From: Rhina ancylostomus
Taxonomy: Eukaryota
Length of the DNA: 64,000 nucleotides
Assembly: GCA_030265395.1 (NCBI GenBank)
Contig: JARFYF010000012.1
Coordinates: 12,872,741 to 12,936,740, forward strand
Reading direction: 5' to 3'
This document shows positions 62,731 through 64,000 of the stretch, piece after piece. Both the position numbers and the translations under genes were made by a program. The notes beneath the pieces are model-generated. The model was not told where the DNA came from and searched no databases. It saw only the letters and a list, made by a program, of their open reading frames with translations. Positions within the stretch are counted from its first letter, which is position 1; the number at the start of each line of letters is the position of its first letter.

Positions 62731-63120
62731 TAAAACAAAATCCAGAATGCTGGAAGAACTCAGCTGGTGAAGCAGCATCTGTGAAGGCAAAAAGTGTAAG
62801 TTGACATTTTGGGTCAAGACCCTGCATCAGGACTGAGGGGAAAGATTGCCAGTCTATAGAGGGTGGGATAGAGGCTGGTAGATGATGGAACCAGGTGAGG
62901 AGGGGATGATGGGCAGATGCAAGCAGGTGTGGGACGGGATGGAAAAGGTGAACAAAGGGAGAAGAAAACTAGGTGGACAGGCGAGTGTGTATGGGTAGAG
63001 AACATGGGGTGTGGGTTACCTGAAGCTAGAAAATTCAATGTTCATACCACTGGGTTGTAAGCTACCCAAACAGAATGAGCTGTTGTTCTTCCAATTTGTG
63101 TTTGGCCTCTCCATAGCAAT
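62731..63120 (-). mobile_element. Penelope-like 3' terminal fragment
   Basis: Collinear with 56880-57400 (atgctggaagaactcagc...gcagcatctgtg...gttgacattttgggtcaagaccctgcatcaggactg; ttacctgaa..tagaaaattcaatgttcat). Confidence 0.8.
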
Positions 63121-63289
63121 TTTTCATAATTTCTCATCAGATAATACTTGATGTGAAAGTTGAGATGCTACAGATAGTTGTCCATTTGATCAACCTTTAA
63201 TTAACCAGACCACTTCAGCATATTTTAAAAAAATCTTAATCAAACAATGAAAATATGAGATCATCTGATTAGTATTTGGTTTAGGTGTC

Positions 63290-63535
63290 TGTTTAGCTCG
63301 GCTGGTAGTATTCTTCTCACTAAACCTGCAACTCATGAATTCAGTGCCAATTCTGCACCTGAATTATAATTGACATATTTCAAACAATGCTAGAAGTGTG
63401 CTGCATTGTCAGAACTATTGTCTTTGGAACAGATGGTAAATTGGAGCATGTCTATCTGGTGAAAGAAAAAGATTCAATGGTATAATTTGAAGAAGGATAT
63501 AGCTATTCCCCTGGTGTCACAATTCACTCTTGTAC
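63290..63535 (+). mobile_element. Degenerate Deu-domain SINE (SacSINE1-like)
   Basis: tRNA-like head tagctcggctggtagtattct; gtgctgcattgtcagaa...tgtcttt; atggtataatttgaagaag...attcccctggtgtc. Confidence 0.45.
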
Positions 63536-63551
63536 AGTAAATTGTCTCATG

Positions 63552-63920
63552 GAGTCACAGATGTGGAAACGGCTTTGCTGCTTCTGTGCTGGCTTTCAAG
63601 GATCTGTCTGTACTAGTCCTATTTCCTTGCACGTGGTCAGCAGCTTTCTATACCCATCTAAATACCTCTGAAATGTTCTGAGAGTACCTGTCTCCACCAG
63701 CCCATCTGGGATTGCATTCCAGATTTCAACCACCCTCTGTGTGAAACAATTTTCCCTCAAGTCATCTGTAAAGATCCTACCCCTTAATTTAAACCTATGC
63801 TCTATGGTTACAGAGAATTCTGAAAAGGGGCAAAGTTTTTCACTATTTGCCCTATCAATGCTGCTTTTAATTTTTTTTCCCACCTCAATCAGGTCACCTC
63901 CCAGCCTTCTCAAAATTCAG
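63552..63920 (-). mobile_element. CR1 3' fragment
   Basis: RRLGGDLIEV...IDRANSEKLCP...HRFKLRGRIFTDDLRENCFTQRVVEIWNAIPDGLVETGTLRTFQRYLD. Confidence 0.88.
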
Positions 63921-64000
63921 TGAGATTAGTCAGAAAGCCATGCTGACTTCCCTTAGAACAGAAGTATATAAGAAAATAGAAGGGCGGGGCCCCTCAAACC

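Overview
Vertebrate genomic DNA from a draft, gap-containing assembly. The repeat repertoire (V-type tRNA-SINEs, Deu-domain SINE remnants, CR1, Rex1/Babar, L2, Penelope-like elements) points to a cartilaginous fish, probably a batoid; this is inference. The only supported protein-coding gene is the homeobox gene EMX2 on the minus strand: three coding exons at 18912-18525, 17334-17150 and 14921-14754, canonical GT-AG introns, about 246 aa, with a 220-nt N gap inside exon 1. EMX2 lies in a roughly 34-kb CpG-retaining, transposon-poor domain (about 5,000-39,000) full of enhancer-like non-coding blocks. The flanks are CpG-depleted and rich in retroelement relics. The other ORFs in the supplied track are repeat-derived or look spurious. 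I found no clearly new biological system. The best leads are: (i) a cluster of upstream ORFs in the EMX2 leader, one of which a (CT)n microsatellite could switch into frame with EMX2; (ii) a Smad/Tcf/Otx site cluster 3' of EMX2 that may correspond to the tetrapod forebrain enhancer; (iii) V-SINEs with swapped LINE tails (CR1-type versus Rex1/Babar-type); (iv) decayed hammerhead ribozyme motifs and fold-back derivatives of Penelope-like elements. Statements of similarity to human or mouse sequence and to repeat families are from recall and need alignment.
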